A DNA stretch of 64,000 nt, from positions 7,874,001 to 7,938,000 of the forward strand of contig OZ287756.1 of assembly GCA_965649765.1 (NCBI GenBank), given 5' to 3'. A program made the position numbers and the translations under genes. Below are positions 11,229-24,375 of the stretch, one piece after another. The stretch is from Bispira polyomma (taxonomy: Eukaryota). The notes under the pieces are model-generated. The model had not been told where the DNA came from, made no database searches, and saw only the letters and a list, made by a program, of their open reading frames with translations. How positions within the stretch are numbered: the stretch's first letter is position 1; every line of letters starts with the position of its first letter.

Positions 11229-13999
11229 CTATAATTATAACAGACGTCCCCCCCAGCAGAACCTGGCTTATACTTCTGTCAAGTAGTTACAATGTTTTGC
11301 CCACATGTTTAAAATACCTCCACCAGACAGAATTATATATAATATTAACGAGCTTAAACCAATCCCTATAAGCCGTGCCCTGCTGAGAGCCAGAATATTT
11401 TAGATGCTTCTGCTAGCTGACCAAACTCCACACTGACCATGCTTGGTAGTTTGTACAGGTAGAGGAGACATCACCCAACACCCCACCAATCAGAAGCCAA
11501 CACATGCACAACCTGATACATCACCCCACATTCCTCCAATCAAATTTTGCCACCTATGCCCAGTAATTTTCCATGCACAAAATCATACATATAAATCCCA
11601 GCAACCTCTTACAACTGCCCCTGACCAAGGCCAAACCAACCAACCCACTAAAATAGGCAAAGCCACCCCAGTTCTTGGTTTTAACTGAAACGTGGTCATG
11701 ACCACAACCATTGTATAATCCTAGTTGTAAACACACAAACTAGCCAACCCAGACAAACCGGGCGAAAACATAACCTATTTTATGCACTTATGGTAAATAC
11801 AAATTTTCTTTACGTTTCATTGAAATAAAGACCCCAAAAATCCAATAATTGAACATACAAGATAGAGATGTCAAGTTACAATCATTCTGTTTAGTCAGAC
11901 TGAAATAAAGTATCTCATTGGTGAAAAATGTGTGTATATATAACCATGGGGACACAAAACCTTTTTCACACCACAAATATATATGCAAAAAAGTAACCTA
12001 ATGCTTGTTCCCCACACGTTTTGTGCCCCTGGCGATTTTACTACAATGTATACAGACATTATGGCTAATTTATTTAGCATTTACAATGTGAGATGGTGGA
12101 GTCTTTTAGTAAATGTCAGTATATATGGCAAAACCTTAATAGTGTGTAACTATAATAAAAACTTACATTAGCCAGAACTAGTAATTTATTAAAGGTCGGC
12201 ACTTGAACTCTTAAACTATGTCTGTATTTTTCTGTACAAGATATGTCTAATCTAAACTGTTTTAATTTTTTACTGAAAGCTCTATTCAAATGAATGGTAA
12301 TGTGTCGAGATTGTTACAATAATTCAATCAATCTAAATTTATGATAATTGAGTTTAACCCCGAATTTATGTTTGAGATATTCCACAAAGGCCTACGTTGT
12401 ATTGACCAGGGCCAGTATTTATCAGAGCTGATGTGGTATTTATGTTCAAACATGAGTTTAAGGTCCCAAGATGTTTGAGATTGTTGATAAATATGGCTAA
12501 ATAATGAAATCACCAAAAGCAAATAAATATAAATAAACTTACCTTAACAATTTATGAAAGTTTATTCGAAAAAAAAAGATCAAATTATTTTCTACTTAAA
12601 ATGTCCACTTTGCTTATGTCATGATTGAATAAGAATAGATCAGCAGACTTTCTTAGTTCAAAGGCTATTTAATGCAACTGACAAAAAAACAAACCTAGTG
12701 AGATATTGTCATGCCATGCACCATTAAAGAATGAATTTAAAAGCACAAAGAGTAAAGCATAGAACACAATTTATATCTGACAGCAACAATGATTATTTTG
12801 ATGTGTAATACATTTGTTGTTGTTTATCATGGTTGGAGTGTGGGAGAAATGGACTTCATTGACATTTATAGGACATGATAACACCATAACTGAGATTTAC
12901 ACAATACTCACAAATTCATTGTCTGGCTGTTTATATGTAGAACTACATACAGGCATTGTCAACACCATCATCCCCAAATGAGCTGTTGGAAAGAGAAATA
13001 TCTTGGGGAGAAAAGCTTTACATTTAAATGAGAGATACTGAGTGGGTGTATGGATAGGTTTGGTTTGCACTTTAAGCATATTACTTTTGTATTTAGCACA
13101 GCAGAATATCATACAATAAACAGTGCCCGAGACAGTAAATATGACTAAAATTAACCAGCAGATCACAATAAATATGCTTTTATTATATTCCACAAAAACA
13201 AAATTCAGAAATATTTTATGTTGTTTTTTGTAAACCTGGTGGTAATCAAATAAAGATACATAGGCAAAAACATGGCTTCCCTCGTGAAGGTAACATTTTT
13301 TGTGACAAATTATATCTTAAACTCCAAGGGATAAACAAGGGCAGTCACTATGATTTATTAAACATTTTATCAGGGTTATAGGGTGATATAGCAACACTTT
13401 TGTCTCCAAAAAGATATATTGCTGTATATTGTGCTCACAATACAAAGAAAAGGAAAGAGAGAGAGACAGATATTATCAACCATAACAAATAGAAGGGACA
13501 AATTGTGTGGTTTATCACAGCCCTTTTAAACAAGGAATACCATTAACCTTGCTTGAATAAAACAGCCATATATAGATTACTGAAACTAATTACCAGGGAA
13601 AATGTGTAACTGCCTAAATTGTATTTATCATCAACCAAAATGGACGAAACAGACCCATAAAATCTATATAACCCTTTGTAAGGTTGAAAGAAGTATTGGT
13701 GTTGTCCCAAAAAACCATTGTCTTGTCGGTGTTTTGCCTTAATCCACCATTACCACTGTCCCTGATTTGTATCCTAATCATAATTAATATACAAGTGGTT
13801 ATATTTATGTTTAGTTTCACTTTTGCCATTAGAATCATACATGTTGCAAATACACACCTTTGATGAAATGGTGAAATCGTAAATTGTTTACCGACTTTTG
13901 CCCCAGAGTTCATAAACTGATCCATGTATACATACCCTCAGTTAAGAACTGTGAACATGTTTGCTTACACAGTATTTTGTCTATTTCTAAAATGTATGC

Positions 14000-14560
14000 A
14001 TTTTCTAATGTGTTAAAATTAGTTTATTTGGGTTAAAAGCACAAAGAATGAAGTATAGCATACAACTTTGTCTAGCAACAACAATGATTATGAATGTATA
14101 ATAAGCCTGTGGTGGGTGTTTTTTTTCTAAATTATAGGACATTAGGAATTTATGGACATTTACAGGAGCTACTATAACTGTAACCAAGATTAATACAGCC
14201 ATCGCGATAGTATTAGAACACATATAAAAATACATACAGCCATTATCATCAACGGCACCCTGAAGTATGATGTTAAAAAGAGACATTTTCTTAGGACAAA
14301 AGCATTACACGTAAATGAGTGGGTGTAGAGACATTAGATTTACACTTTGAACATATTAAATTCTTATAATTAAAAATACTCACATAAAGATGCCATTCTT
14401 TGCACAGAAGAATACTTTTAAAAAAGTTTTCCTTATTCAATGATGACCTTATGCACAAAAATAATACTATGGTTAAAAATAAAATAACTGATAAATCGCA
14501 ATAAAAAGACTTTTATTAAATTCCCCCCCCCAAAATCCCAAAAATTCAGAAATTAAAAAG
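14000..14560 (-). repeat. Diverged copy of the 180-1000 fossil repeat
   Basis: Matches 12740-13200 and 41700-42100 (GGACAAAAGCATTACA..., AAGATGCCATT). Confidence 0.75.
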
Positions 14561-15379
14561 CAGGAATGTTTTAGAACATTTTGCACTTTGCGACTGGAAA
14601 GATGTTTTGAATGTACCAATTACGCTTCTTTGTAGTTTTTCAATTTCAAACTGATCACAGCTTTAAAATGTCACATATATTCTCATTTTCACCCAGATTG
14701 CTTTGATAGTCTTTTGTTGCTCAACTTTATGATCCATTGATGCTAACAATTTGGGACATTGTTTGTAAGAAATATATTATTAGTGAATCACCGGATCAAT
14801 GTAGATCAGATCATCAGCAGTAATATCCCTTTTTTAAATGGTAGTTACAAATTGTGTATAGTGAAGCCTTAAATGTCTTTAACATTAATTACATTTACCC
14901 AATGCATTACTTTGATCAAACTATACTTAACATATTCACTTAGACTCCTCATTTTGCTTTTTTTGTACCCACCTAAAAAAACTCTACTGGTCACCTTGTA
15001 TAGAATCATGTTTAAAATGCACAAACCAATAAACTTTAGTCAACCAGTTTACTTTAAATAATGTATACAGTAATATAGCATCACATATTATGGCTCCTTG
15101 TCTTTGAAATAATATCCCACTCCACCAGTACAGGAAAAAGCATTTCCTATTTTAAAAATCGCTTAAGCCTTTCTAAAATTGTCCTTCTTTCTGTTGGATG
15201 AATGCTAATATATTTGTTGACAACCCCTTATAATTTTTTCCTATGATTAAGATGGTGTTTTGGGTTACCATAAAGATGTAGCATATGGATAAGACTAGAA
15301 TAGATAAGATTAGATAAAAACTTATGTTCTTATGTACTTATGTTTTAAAATTCAATACTAGTTACTGTGATCTTTGCAA

Positions 15380-15520
15380 ACTAGTTGTTACAGTGTCTGA
15401 CTTTAGATCTGAGGGTCTAGGTCCTATACTCACCGCTTCTGGCCTGGAGATTCTACACTTGGACAAGGTACTTTACACAAAGTTGTCCCTCTCTACCCAG
15501 GTGTATAAATGGGTACTTAG
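15380..15520 (+). mobile_element. SINE fragment with conserved central domain
   Basis: CTTGGACAAGGTACTTTAC...CTCTCTACCCAGGTGTATAAATGGGTAC, a core motif widespread in metazoan SINEs. Confidence 0.65.
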
Positions 15521-18041
15521 AACAAAAGTACATAGATAAACTATAGCAGACAAATATTAAAATTATTATCAGGGTTATCATATAATATATCAGCACTTAT
15601 ATTTTCTTAGATTCATAAAGGGGTGTGTTACTGGATATTTTGCTCACAAGACAAAATAACCGAACAAAGTCAAAAGATAATAACCATAGTCTTTTTTTAT
15701 TATTTCAGCAGTAATTAAAAGGGTCAGATGATGTAGTTAATCAGCATAACATTTTACCTTGTAAAAGAATTAACATTGCTTGAAGATAAAGATTACATCT
15801 GAATTTTTGGTTAAATTGGTTATTAGATCAAATGTATCCCAAGTAGGAAACATCCCTGTAAACTAAAAAGGGATCAAACATTGCTACTAAATGTACTTAA
15901 TCATTTGGGTGCTAGTTCATATATTTTGATAGTTCATAGTATGGTTGCCTAGTGGCGGTAACATGGCTAATATACTCCCTTAGGGTTAGCTGAGAGTGAA
16001 CAAGGTAAGGTTGTGTAGTAAATTATAAAGTCAAAGTATACTTATTTAGGGTGATAACAGGCTATAAATCAGCATGTACAACATTTTGCTTACAATACTG
16101 TACATGCACAGCTAAATGTTAAAGTTATTAAACTGATTTATCAGTTGTTATTAAGTTTCTGTAATTAAAACATACTTCTACAAAATGATATCTATTTTTT
16201 CCTATTTTGATTCTTTTATTTAAACATCTATTCTTAAAATTCTGGCAAATATACTTTCGCTGTAAGCACAACATTGAACTAGGGTATTAAGCAGTTCTTG
16301 ATTGTGTCAAAGATCGGAGAATAAAAATATAAACCCAAACCAAAATCAATAACATGTGAACTTTCTTACAAAACTGCTGACAACGTTAGGAGTCGTTTTT
16401 CATCATATGAAGGAAATTTTTGTGATTTTCTGTCAGCCTGCTGTCATATTATCTCTCAATGTAGCCTCCTGTCAAGTTGTGGATGCTAAATATATCATAT
16501 GGCCTCTAGAAACAACTGCGTAGAACATTACCTGGGGCTATGATGCAACTTTTTCTGTTTAAAAGCAGAAGCAATGTTAAGTTTATGGTAATGTTAAGTT
16601 ACAGTCATATCATGTTATGATAACGACAAGCTCCTAGCCATGGGATAACTGACATATCCCAGCAAATTAGAAAACTAAATCCCTAGCCCTATTCAGAAGA
16701 ATGTTATGCACTATTCCTTGCATCAGGTCATTGGCTTTTTGTCCACAAATGTACCCCCCACCCCCCAAAACAAATCGCCTGCCCCACTGTCACAAAATTG
16801 AGGTATGTTTAAAATGAAGCTGTAAGGGGCCGTCGTAAAAGTGACACATACCTCCACTAACACCACTGATGAGAAACAAAGACATAACGCACAATAACGT
16901 TCCCTAACCACTAGTAATTGCCACTGATGTGAAACGAGCCAGAACGAGCAAAAACTGATACTGATGAGAAATGTTCCAAAACTAATCAAGATGTATACCC
17001 CACCTTCCGCATCCGTGTAAATGAGACGTAGGTATGATGTTGTAATTATACAACATATTTATTACATTCAAGCATTATATACTTTGATACCAATACTGCA
17101 ATAACCTATGTTTGAGGGCGCTATGGGTTTCTAAGGTGCACTATTATGAGCTCAAGGTAATACTATTATAATCAACACTTTAAATCCAGGTGCCTTAAAA
17201 CACCCAACAACCTTTTTGTTTGCATGAATGGCACCCTGTTAACTGATACTTGTATGATTTTATACAGCTTGTGAGGACTTGATGTGAGTTAACCTAAAAG
17301 GAAATTCTGCCTGTTTTAATTTTTCTTTTCATATACAACTAAGAAGAAAGCCTAAACTCCAACCTTTTTACACACTACGTTTTCCTTGATATGTTCATTA
17401 TATAACAATTATCTTTTAATTGGTTTTAGTATGTACCCACGAGGCGGCAAATTTTCAAAACAAATACAAATATATCATTTTAAAAGGAACAGTGTTAGCA
17501 GTTTCAGAAACAAACAAGGTATAAAGTGTCATAAAAATAGATGCAGTTAACAATGTAATCTTTTCTGACTGAGAACATTTAGAACGGTGTGAAGTGGCCT
17601 TGGTGGGCGATATTTGCACACTCGGAAGTTCCATGGCTATTAGTGTACTACAGTGTTAACAGTTCTAGAAACTAACAAGCCTTCTAACGAAATAGTTTCA
17701 CTATAGTGAACAGAAAGATCCTTGTAACTACTAAAATAGTGACCTTGGTGGCGAAATAGAGAACACAGGAGTCCCTAGCTGCAGTAAATACCATGTACAC
17801 GAACAGTATCCAATTGTACACAGACAGTATCCAATTGTAGCCTTTCTCTGTGTTAAACATGCTGTGTGGGAGGACCTTACTCTTCAGTTTGCAAGTATAA
17901 CCTATCTAGCTGTGAATATAGTACCCCATGGTTACTATTTAGTGAATCGACTATTTGCTCAGTTATTAATTGATAACTAGTGTGTTGAATGATCTTACTG
18001 GTGTTGTTGTTTATTTGAAAATTACTCTGACTATTAACAGT

Positions 18042-18911
18042 ATGGTGTTTGGAAGTGACAAACGTAAAGTACAGGGATCAAACACTAGTAGTGATGGGGA
18101 TACTCCTTTAAAAAAGAAAGGGACACTTGATCCACACCTGGTTAAAAGTATTCCTGAAAACAGTAGTGGTGCTTCAGCTTTGACGGATAGAGAAATATTA
18201 GAAAAAATATTAGTTAACCAGGAAGCAATGCAGGTGAAATTTGAAAAGGACATTGCAGACTTGCGTTCTGAAATGAAATCCCTAGTTCGCGAAAACGTAG
18301 AATCTCTAGAAACAACTGTAACTGCTCACAGTTCCAAGCTAGAGAATCTAGAAAAGAATATTGCAGATCATATTCAGATGACCAGCTCTATTCCCCAGCT
18401 TAATCCTCTGAGCAATACTGATGTGACTATTATCGCGTCTAATGTTCCTGAATCCGCATTTGAAAATACTGATGAGACTGCACGACTACTGACTGAAGCT
18501 TTAGGTAATGACTCTGCCAGATTACCAATAAAGGAAAAGGTTCACGTCATGAAATCTGCTGGACTACCCGCACGAGGAAGAAATAGTTTTTTCTAGAAAG
18601 TGTTTTTACGCTCAAGCAAAACTCACTCCGAACGTGCTCAGGAGCAAAATGTAAAAGTGATCTTACAACACTCTCCTTTGGGTAGTCAGTTTAGGCTCAC
18701 TAATCATGGTTTGTTAGTCCCTAAACAAATGCCAGACACCCATGCTGTAAATCGTATACAGGAAAATGTAACTCAACCCAGCCCAGCAGACAGACCACTC
18801 CTGGATGAAGCTGGTTCTTCGAATCTCGCAATGGGTGAATCAGTATCAAATACTTCCACTAACAATGGCTCTGGTGCAAGAAAAAAAACTTACACTACCT
18901 CAAGTGCATAG
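18042..18911 (+). pseudogene. LINE ORF1 (coiled-coil protein), disrupted near 18596
   Basis: MVFGSDKRK..., heptad-rich EKDIADLRSEMK...LENLEKNI and TIIASNVPE, located directly upstream of the endonuclease. Confidence 0.75.
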
Positions 18912-18912
18912 A

Positions 18913-21900
18913 ATGACTACCAGCCCATTTTAAACTATAATTCTCACTTAAAAGTAATATGCTTGAATATTAATGGATGGACAGATAACAATAAAGCATT
19001 ACGCCAGGCTATAATAAACTCTCAAGATCATGACATTTGTTGTCTCACAGAAACTCGTTTATCTCATTTGAAGGATAAATTATTCTCAGTTGTTAGTTAT
19101 AAAACTTATCTTAACAGCAGACAACTTGTAAATGTTAAAGCTCCTAAACCTTTGGGTGGTGTAGCTATCTTAGTTAGAAATCATGTTCTGGAGAACTTTT
19201 TTGTTTCCATCTTTGATAAATCGGTAGATGGCATCCTGGCTTTGGAAATAAAACACAAATACACCAAATTTAATGTTGTACTAGTAGCCTTTTACCTTTC
19301 CCCAGATAACAGTCCATATGGGAAAAATGTTGATTACTTTTTCAGTCATCTTATAAATCTATTATACCAGTCTTCATTTTGTGACTGTGTGTGTTTTTGT
19401 GGAGATCTCAATGCCAGGATCAGTGATAAATGTGACTTTATTCAAGGTATTGATGATATTTGCCAACGGGTTAACATTGATAATGTTAAAAACAGTCACG
19501 GAGATTCTTTCATTGAATTTCTTAAAGAAACTAGAACCAGTGTTTTAAATGGTAGATTTAGTAATGATAATTTTACTTATGTTAGTTCCAGAGGAAAGTC
19601 TGTAGTGGATTATGTTTTTGTACCTATTGAATGCCATAAATTTATTTCAGACTTTAGAGTTGTAGTAATGAGTGACAATGTAGATAAATGTAATGCAATG
19701 CATTTAATCACTGAAAACAGTCGTCTCCCTGATCATTCTCTACTGTCTTTTGATGTAGTTTGTACTTATGATGTCCTGGTTATTTACAAATATGGTCTTC
19801 ATAGAACTAGATCAACATCTAAATTACACAAGCTCATCTAAATCGTGTAAGAAAAAATTCTGTAATAATAAACCATACTGGACAGATGATCTAACCAAAC
19901 TTTGGAAAAAAATGAGAGATAAAGAAAAAGTATTTTTAAAATATAAAAGAAATGGAAAGAATAAACTTAGATTGGAATATAAGTGTGCCCAACAATCTTT
20001 TGATAAAGCACTCCGAAAAGCTGAACGTAATTATAAAAAAACAGCTAATGTGTAATATAGATAGCTATAACCAAAAGGATCCAAAAGCTTTCTGGCGACA
20101 TTTAAATAAATTAGGTCCTAGGAAGTCAAAAGGTATGCCAGAAAGTGTAAAAGACGGTAATAATGTTATCTCAGACACTAATAAGGTTATAGAAAAATGG
20201 CAATCAGACTTTAAATTGTTATACAATGACATTAAAACTGATACATTTGACCCAAAATTTTTAGAAAATACGATGAAACAAAGAGTGCTCTTTGAATCTA
20301 ACATGACTAATAATACGGAAATCTTAAATGAAGATATCCATTTTGATGAAGTTGAATCTGTCATAGTAAACCTGAAAAAAAACAAAGCCGCTGGACCTGA
20401 TGGAATCCAAAACGAGGCGTTAAAAAATATTAATATTCAAATTATGTGGAACATGATTAAAACATGTTCAAAAATGGACTCGTACCAAGTATCTGGTTAA
20501 AGGCTATTGTTAGACCAATCCCTAAAAGTGCTCTAAAAGATCCCCTAGTCCCATTAAATTATAGAGGAATCAGCTTACTATCAACTGTAGCCAAACTGTA
20601 TTCCGCAATTTTGCATAACCACATTAGCAACTATTGTGAACTGCTAGGTATTATTGTTAATGAACAGAATGGGTTCAGGAAAAAACTCTCATGTGAAGAC
20701 CATATATATAGCCTCACTTCGATAATAAGAAATAGATCATCGGAAGGAACTTCTACATATTGTTGCTTTGTTGACATGGAAAAATCATTCGACTGGGTAA
20801 ATAGGGACATGTTACTTTTTAAATTACTGTTGTATGGCATTGAAGGGCGTATATATGAAGCTGTGAAGTCTTTGTACAGTAAAACATTTAGTTGTGTATG
20901 GATAAATGATTTGTTTACAGGATGGTTTGAAACAAAATCTGTTGTATGACAGGGAGACAATTTGTCACCATTATTATTTGTTCTGTTTTTTAATGATCTA
21001 GCCATCAAAATATTGAACTTACAAATGGGTATTAATATAGATGGTAAAAATGTTTCTATTTTACTGTATGCAGATGATATGGTTTTATTATCTGATACTG
21101 AAGAACACCTGCAAATTATGTTAAATACACTTTATGATTGGTGTCAAAAATGGTGTTTATCAATAAACAAAGAAAAATCCAAAATTGTACATTTTCGAAA
21201 AAGTAGAAAAATCAGAAGTAATTTTCAGTTTGAATTAGGAAATAACAGTCTTGAAATAGTTTCAAGTTATAAATATCTAGGTGTCATATTGGACGAACAT
21301 TTAAACTTTCTTAACTGTATCAATACATTAGCCGACTTGTCAAGTAGGGCACTTGGAAGAATCATAGCAAAGGTGAAAAATAATAAAAATTTGGGTTTTA
21401 ACACCGTCACCAAACTGTACCAAAGTGGAGTAGAGCCAATAATGAATTATGGTGCTGGAATCTGGGGTAATACTAGAACTAAATCATTTGATATTGTCCA
21501 GAATAAAGCCATGAGATTTTATCTCGGTGTCCATAAGTATGCGCCTATTGCAGCCATACTTGGTGATATGGATTGGTTAAAGTCAAAATTTACAAAGTAT
21601 ATGTTTATGGAATCGCTTGGTTAGACTACCAAGTGAGAGGTTAACTAAGAAAATCTTTGAGTGGGGGACTATGTTAAATGTGAAAATAACTGGTGCTTGG
21701 ATATTTTAAGCCTTTTAACTGAAATTAATATGGAAAATTAATTTGTAAATCGTGAAGTTATTGATGTTAGTGAAGTGTTGAATAAATGCTTGGTAATTAA
21801 TCAAAATGAATGGTCTGAAAATATGATTTCAAAACCAAAATTACGACTCTATAAAATGTTTAAATATGAATTTAAAACAGAAAATTATGTCAAAACATAT

Positions 21901-22272
21901 TTGCATAAACACGAAAGATCGATGATTGCACAGTTTAGAGCAGGGATATTACCCCTCCCTGTTGAAACTGGTAGATATTGTAACATAAAAGACAGTGTTA
22001 CTCAAAAAATGCGAAAATTGAATGTTAGTGAACGTATATGTGAAATGTGTAATCTAAAAGGAATTGAAGATGAAAGGCATTTTTTATTAAAATGTCCTCG
22101 TTATGATTTACACAGAAAAGATCTTCTTAATAAATATGAACTTGTGTATACCGGTATTCAAAATATAAATGAAATTGATCAATTTAACTTGATAATGCAA
22201 AACTCGAATAAAAATCTGGCAACTTTTTTGATAAAGGCATGGGAATGTAGAAAAAGTCTTCTGTTTAAATAA
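18913..22272 (+). pseudogene. LINE ORF2: AP endonuclease, RT and C-terminal CCHC finger, with multiple frameshifts and stops
   Basis: NINGW, LTET, GGVAIL, GDLNAR, SVVDY and PDH (APE); NYRGISLL, QNGFR, DMEKSFD, V*QGDNLSPLLF, YADD and YKYLGV (RT); ETGRY..CEMC...EDERHFLLKC. Confidence 0.95.
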
Positions 22273-24218
22273 TAAATTTGAAACCTTAGAAATTGTATTT
22301 TGTGCAAAATTATGTATTCACACATTGAATTATTGTGCTAAAACTGTAATAATGGTAAAATAGCATAAAATTAATGTAATATATTTGAAATATTAGTAAT
22401 TGTATTTGTGCCAAATTATGTATTTACACACATTGAATTATTGTGCTTGAACTGCTAAAACTGTATTCATGGTAAAATAGTATTGAATCAATGTCATGTT
22501 CGTCTTTATAATCCTTTGAAATAATTTACATGCTAAACCTGTTTTTTGTGTATTCATTAAATTGTCACTAATAAGCCCATAGGGGCTGGGAACTACTATT
22601 CTGTTGATGTTATTGTTATTAAACGAATAAACTAAACTAACTTTACACATCTTTACACATCAGATTGTACATATTGTATGCTGTACATACCAAGATTTTT
22701 ACACAGCTTTAATCAATGACATTGACATATTTTTATTATCAAGTACTTGTGTCTTTCAATAGCTGTGTCACTACCCTTTTAAAAGTAAGTTCTTAAGGTT
22801 TAGCTAGGAGAAAATGTCAATTATTCAGATTTTCTAAAAACTTTATTGCAAGTCATTGTCACTATGGACCACGTGTTGGAGATTGAGACCAATTTAAATT
22901 AATTCGTTAGGAAAATTTACACTGATGCACAGAACTTTGATCCACAAGTAACCCCAGGATATTTTGTATTTCAAACACTAGCCTTGAATAGGCTCAAATA
23001 ATTGCCACTGACAAAGGCAATTATGTCATCTCTATCAATTAAAAACACTTTTTTAATTTGTATACATTTCCTTAATTTGGTCACACAATTTTATTGTGAG
23101 AAGCAAACAAAACAAATAACTAAGACAAAGTTGAAATTTAGAGTTCAAGACAATAGTTAAATATTAAGGATATATGAAGTAAATGCAGGTTTAAAACAAC
23201 AACATTTCAATACTTTAGTTTAAGGAGCCCCTAAAGTAAGTAATTGGGAATATTTAATAGAGCTTGTTTCCAAAACAAAATGTATTGTTCATTGAAGATA
23301 GTAGCTCGTTCCTTATGTAGGACCCAATGACTATCATTTGTAAGTGATCATCTGAATTACTATCTATCTGCCTGGACCGGCAAACTTCATACTGGGTCCA
23401 ATCCCTGTCCTTCAGGGTCCACGTGTTACCCACAATGCACAACAACACAGACACATCAGCATCAACTTTATATCAATGTTTTACTTCTATAGTGCCCCCA
23501 TGGATGGCCAGGAAATAATGCACGTGATCAGAGTCTAGTCATAGGTAGCAGAAGAATGCTCAGGTCGAAAAAAGAAATTTTAATACAGACGTGTTTTTTA
23601 GTGTTTTTTTAGAAGCCTGTAATTGCTGTCTCAGTATGAAGACTTACAGGAAGACTATTCCTTTCAGCTGATGTGCAAATTGATGTTATTGTTAACCTAG
23701 TTTTTTTGGTTAAGAAGTCAGAGGTGGAGAGATTATTTCCTCTGGGAGGACATTTAATTGAATTTTATGCAGAACTCAATTGGTAGCCCATGCATATATT
23801 GAAACAAAAAGATTCTGCATGAACGCATGGCATTAAATTCTTTACATATTTATAACAAAAGACATGTACGTTAACCTTGTCGACTTAACTCCGACTTCTT
23901 TAGTTTTTTTAACAGAACATTTTGTAGGCACACAAAAAAGGCAGACAACAGATTGGCTTACCATTATGCAGCAACATAAAGATGACAGTTTTTTCTAAAG
24001 CACGGTGCTGTCTGATTAGAATTTAGTGTAGAGATAAGTGCATTTAAACATATTGTCACAGTGAAATTTTTACAACTGAATTATTTAATCTCCCTATTTA
24101 TCACTGTCTCTCCTATTTTTGTTTCTAAGGACAGTTTAACCTTTCATCTGTTTGATGGGGTGACACCTCGGCGACACCACGCTCAGTTCTGGTACCAGAC
24201 TAACAGGGCTCAATTAGA

Positions 24219-24276
24219 CCGCGAAAGGTCATAGGGTAACTATAAAAGGCTTTGTCGCCCAACCAGCGCCATCATT
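24219..24276 (+). promoter_or_regulatory. Putative Pol II core promoter of E2
   Basis: CGCGAAA (E2F-like, 24220), TATAAAAGG (24241) and an Inr-like TCATT (24272) ~33 nt downstream, ~100 nt before the gag ATG. Confidence 0.5.
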
Positions 24277-24375
24277 AAATTTTAGAATTGTAACAGAGAA
24301 GAGTGTTGTAGAAGTTTGGGATTTTTTATTTTAACCTATATTTTAAATTGTTACATATATATATATGTTGTGATC

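Larger units (their letters stand above)
7211..11773 (-). mobile_element. YR retrotransposon E1 (DIRS/Ngaro-like), internally deleted and inactive
   Basis: gag-like, RT and YR remnants in order on the - strand. Boundaries come from the empty paralogous site at ~2870-2910. CCT is present at both junctions (7208-7210, 11774-11776). Confidence 0.9.
6800..13370 (-). repeat. Right arm of the inverted duplication, interrupted by YR element E1
   Basis: Reverse-complement match to 1-3365 on both sides of 7211-11773. Confidence 0.85.
17580..22641 (+). mobile_element. Near full-length inactive APE-RT LINE (RTE-X/Proto2/CR1-group-like; clade uncertain)
   Basis: ORF1 and ORF2 remnants, a 3' UTR, AATAAA and a short (AAACT)n tail at ~22626-22641. 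The 5' boundary is approximate. Confidence 0.9.

Noticed and set aside
16860-16975. Three ACTGATG(A/T)GAAA motifs resembling hammerhead cores (CUGAUGA...GAAA)
   Set aside because: No stem II between CTGATGA and GAAA and no convincing stems I or III. More likely internal repeats of an unidentified element.
18011-21008. Minus-strand ORFs within the LINE, and antisense ORFs within E1-E3
   Set aside because: Shadow ORFs opposite genuine coding remnants.
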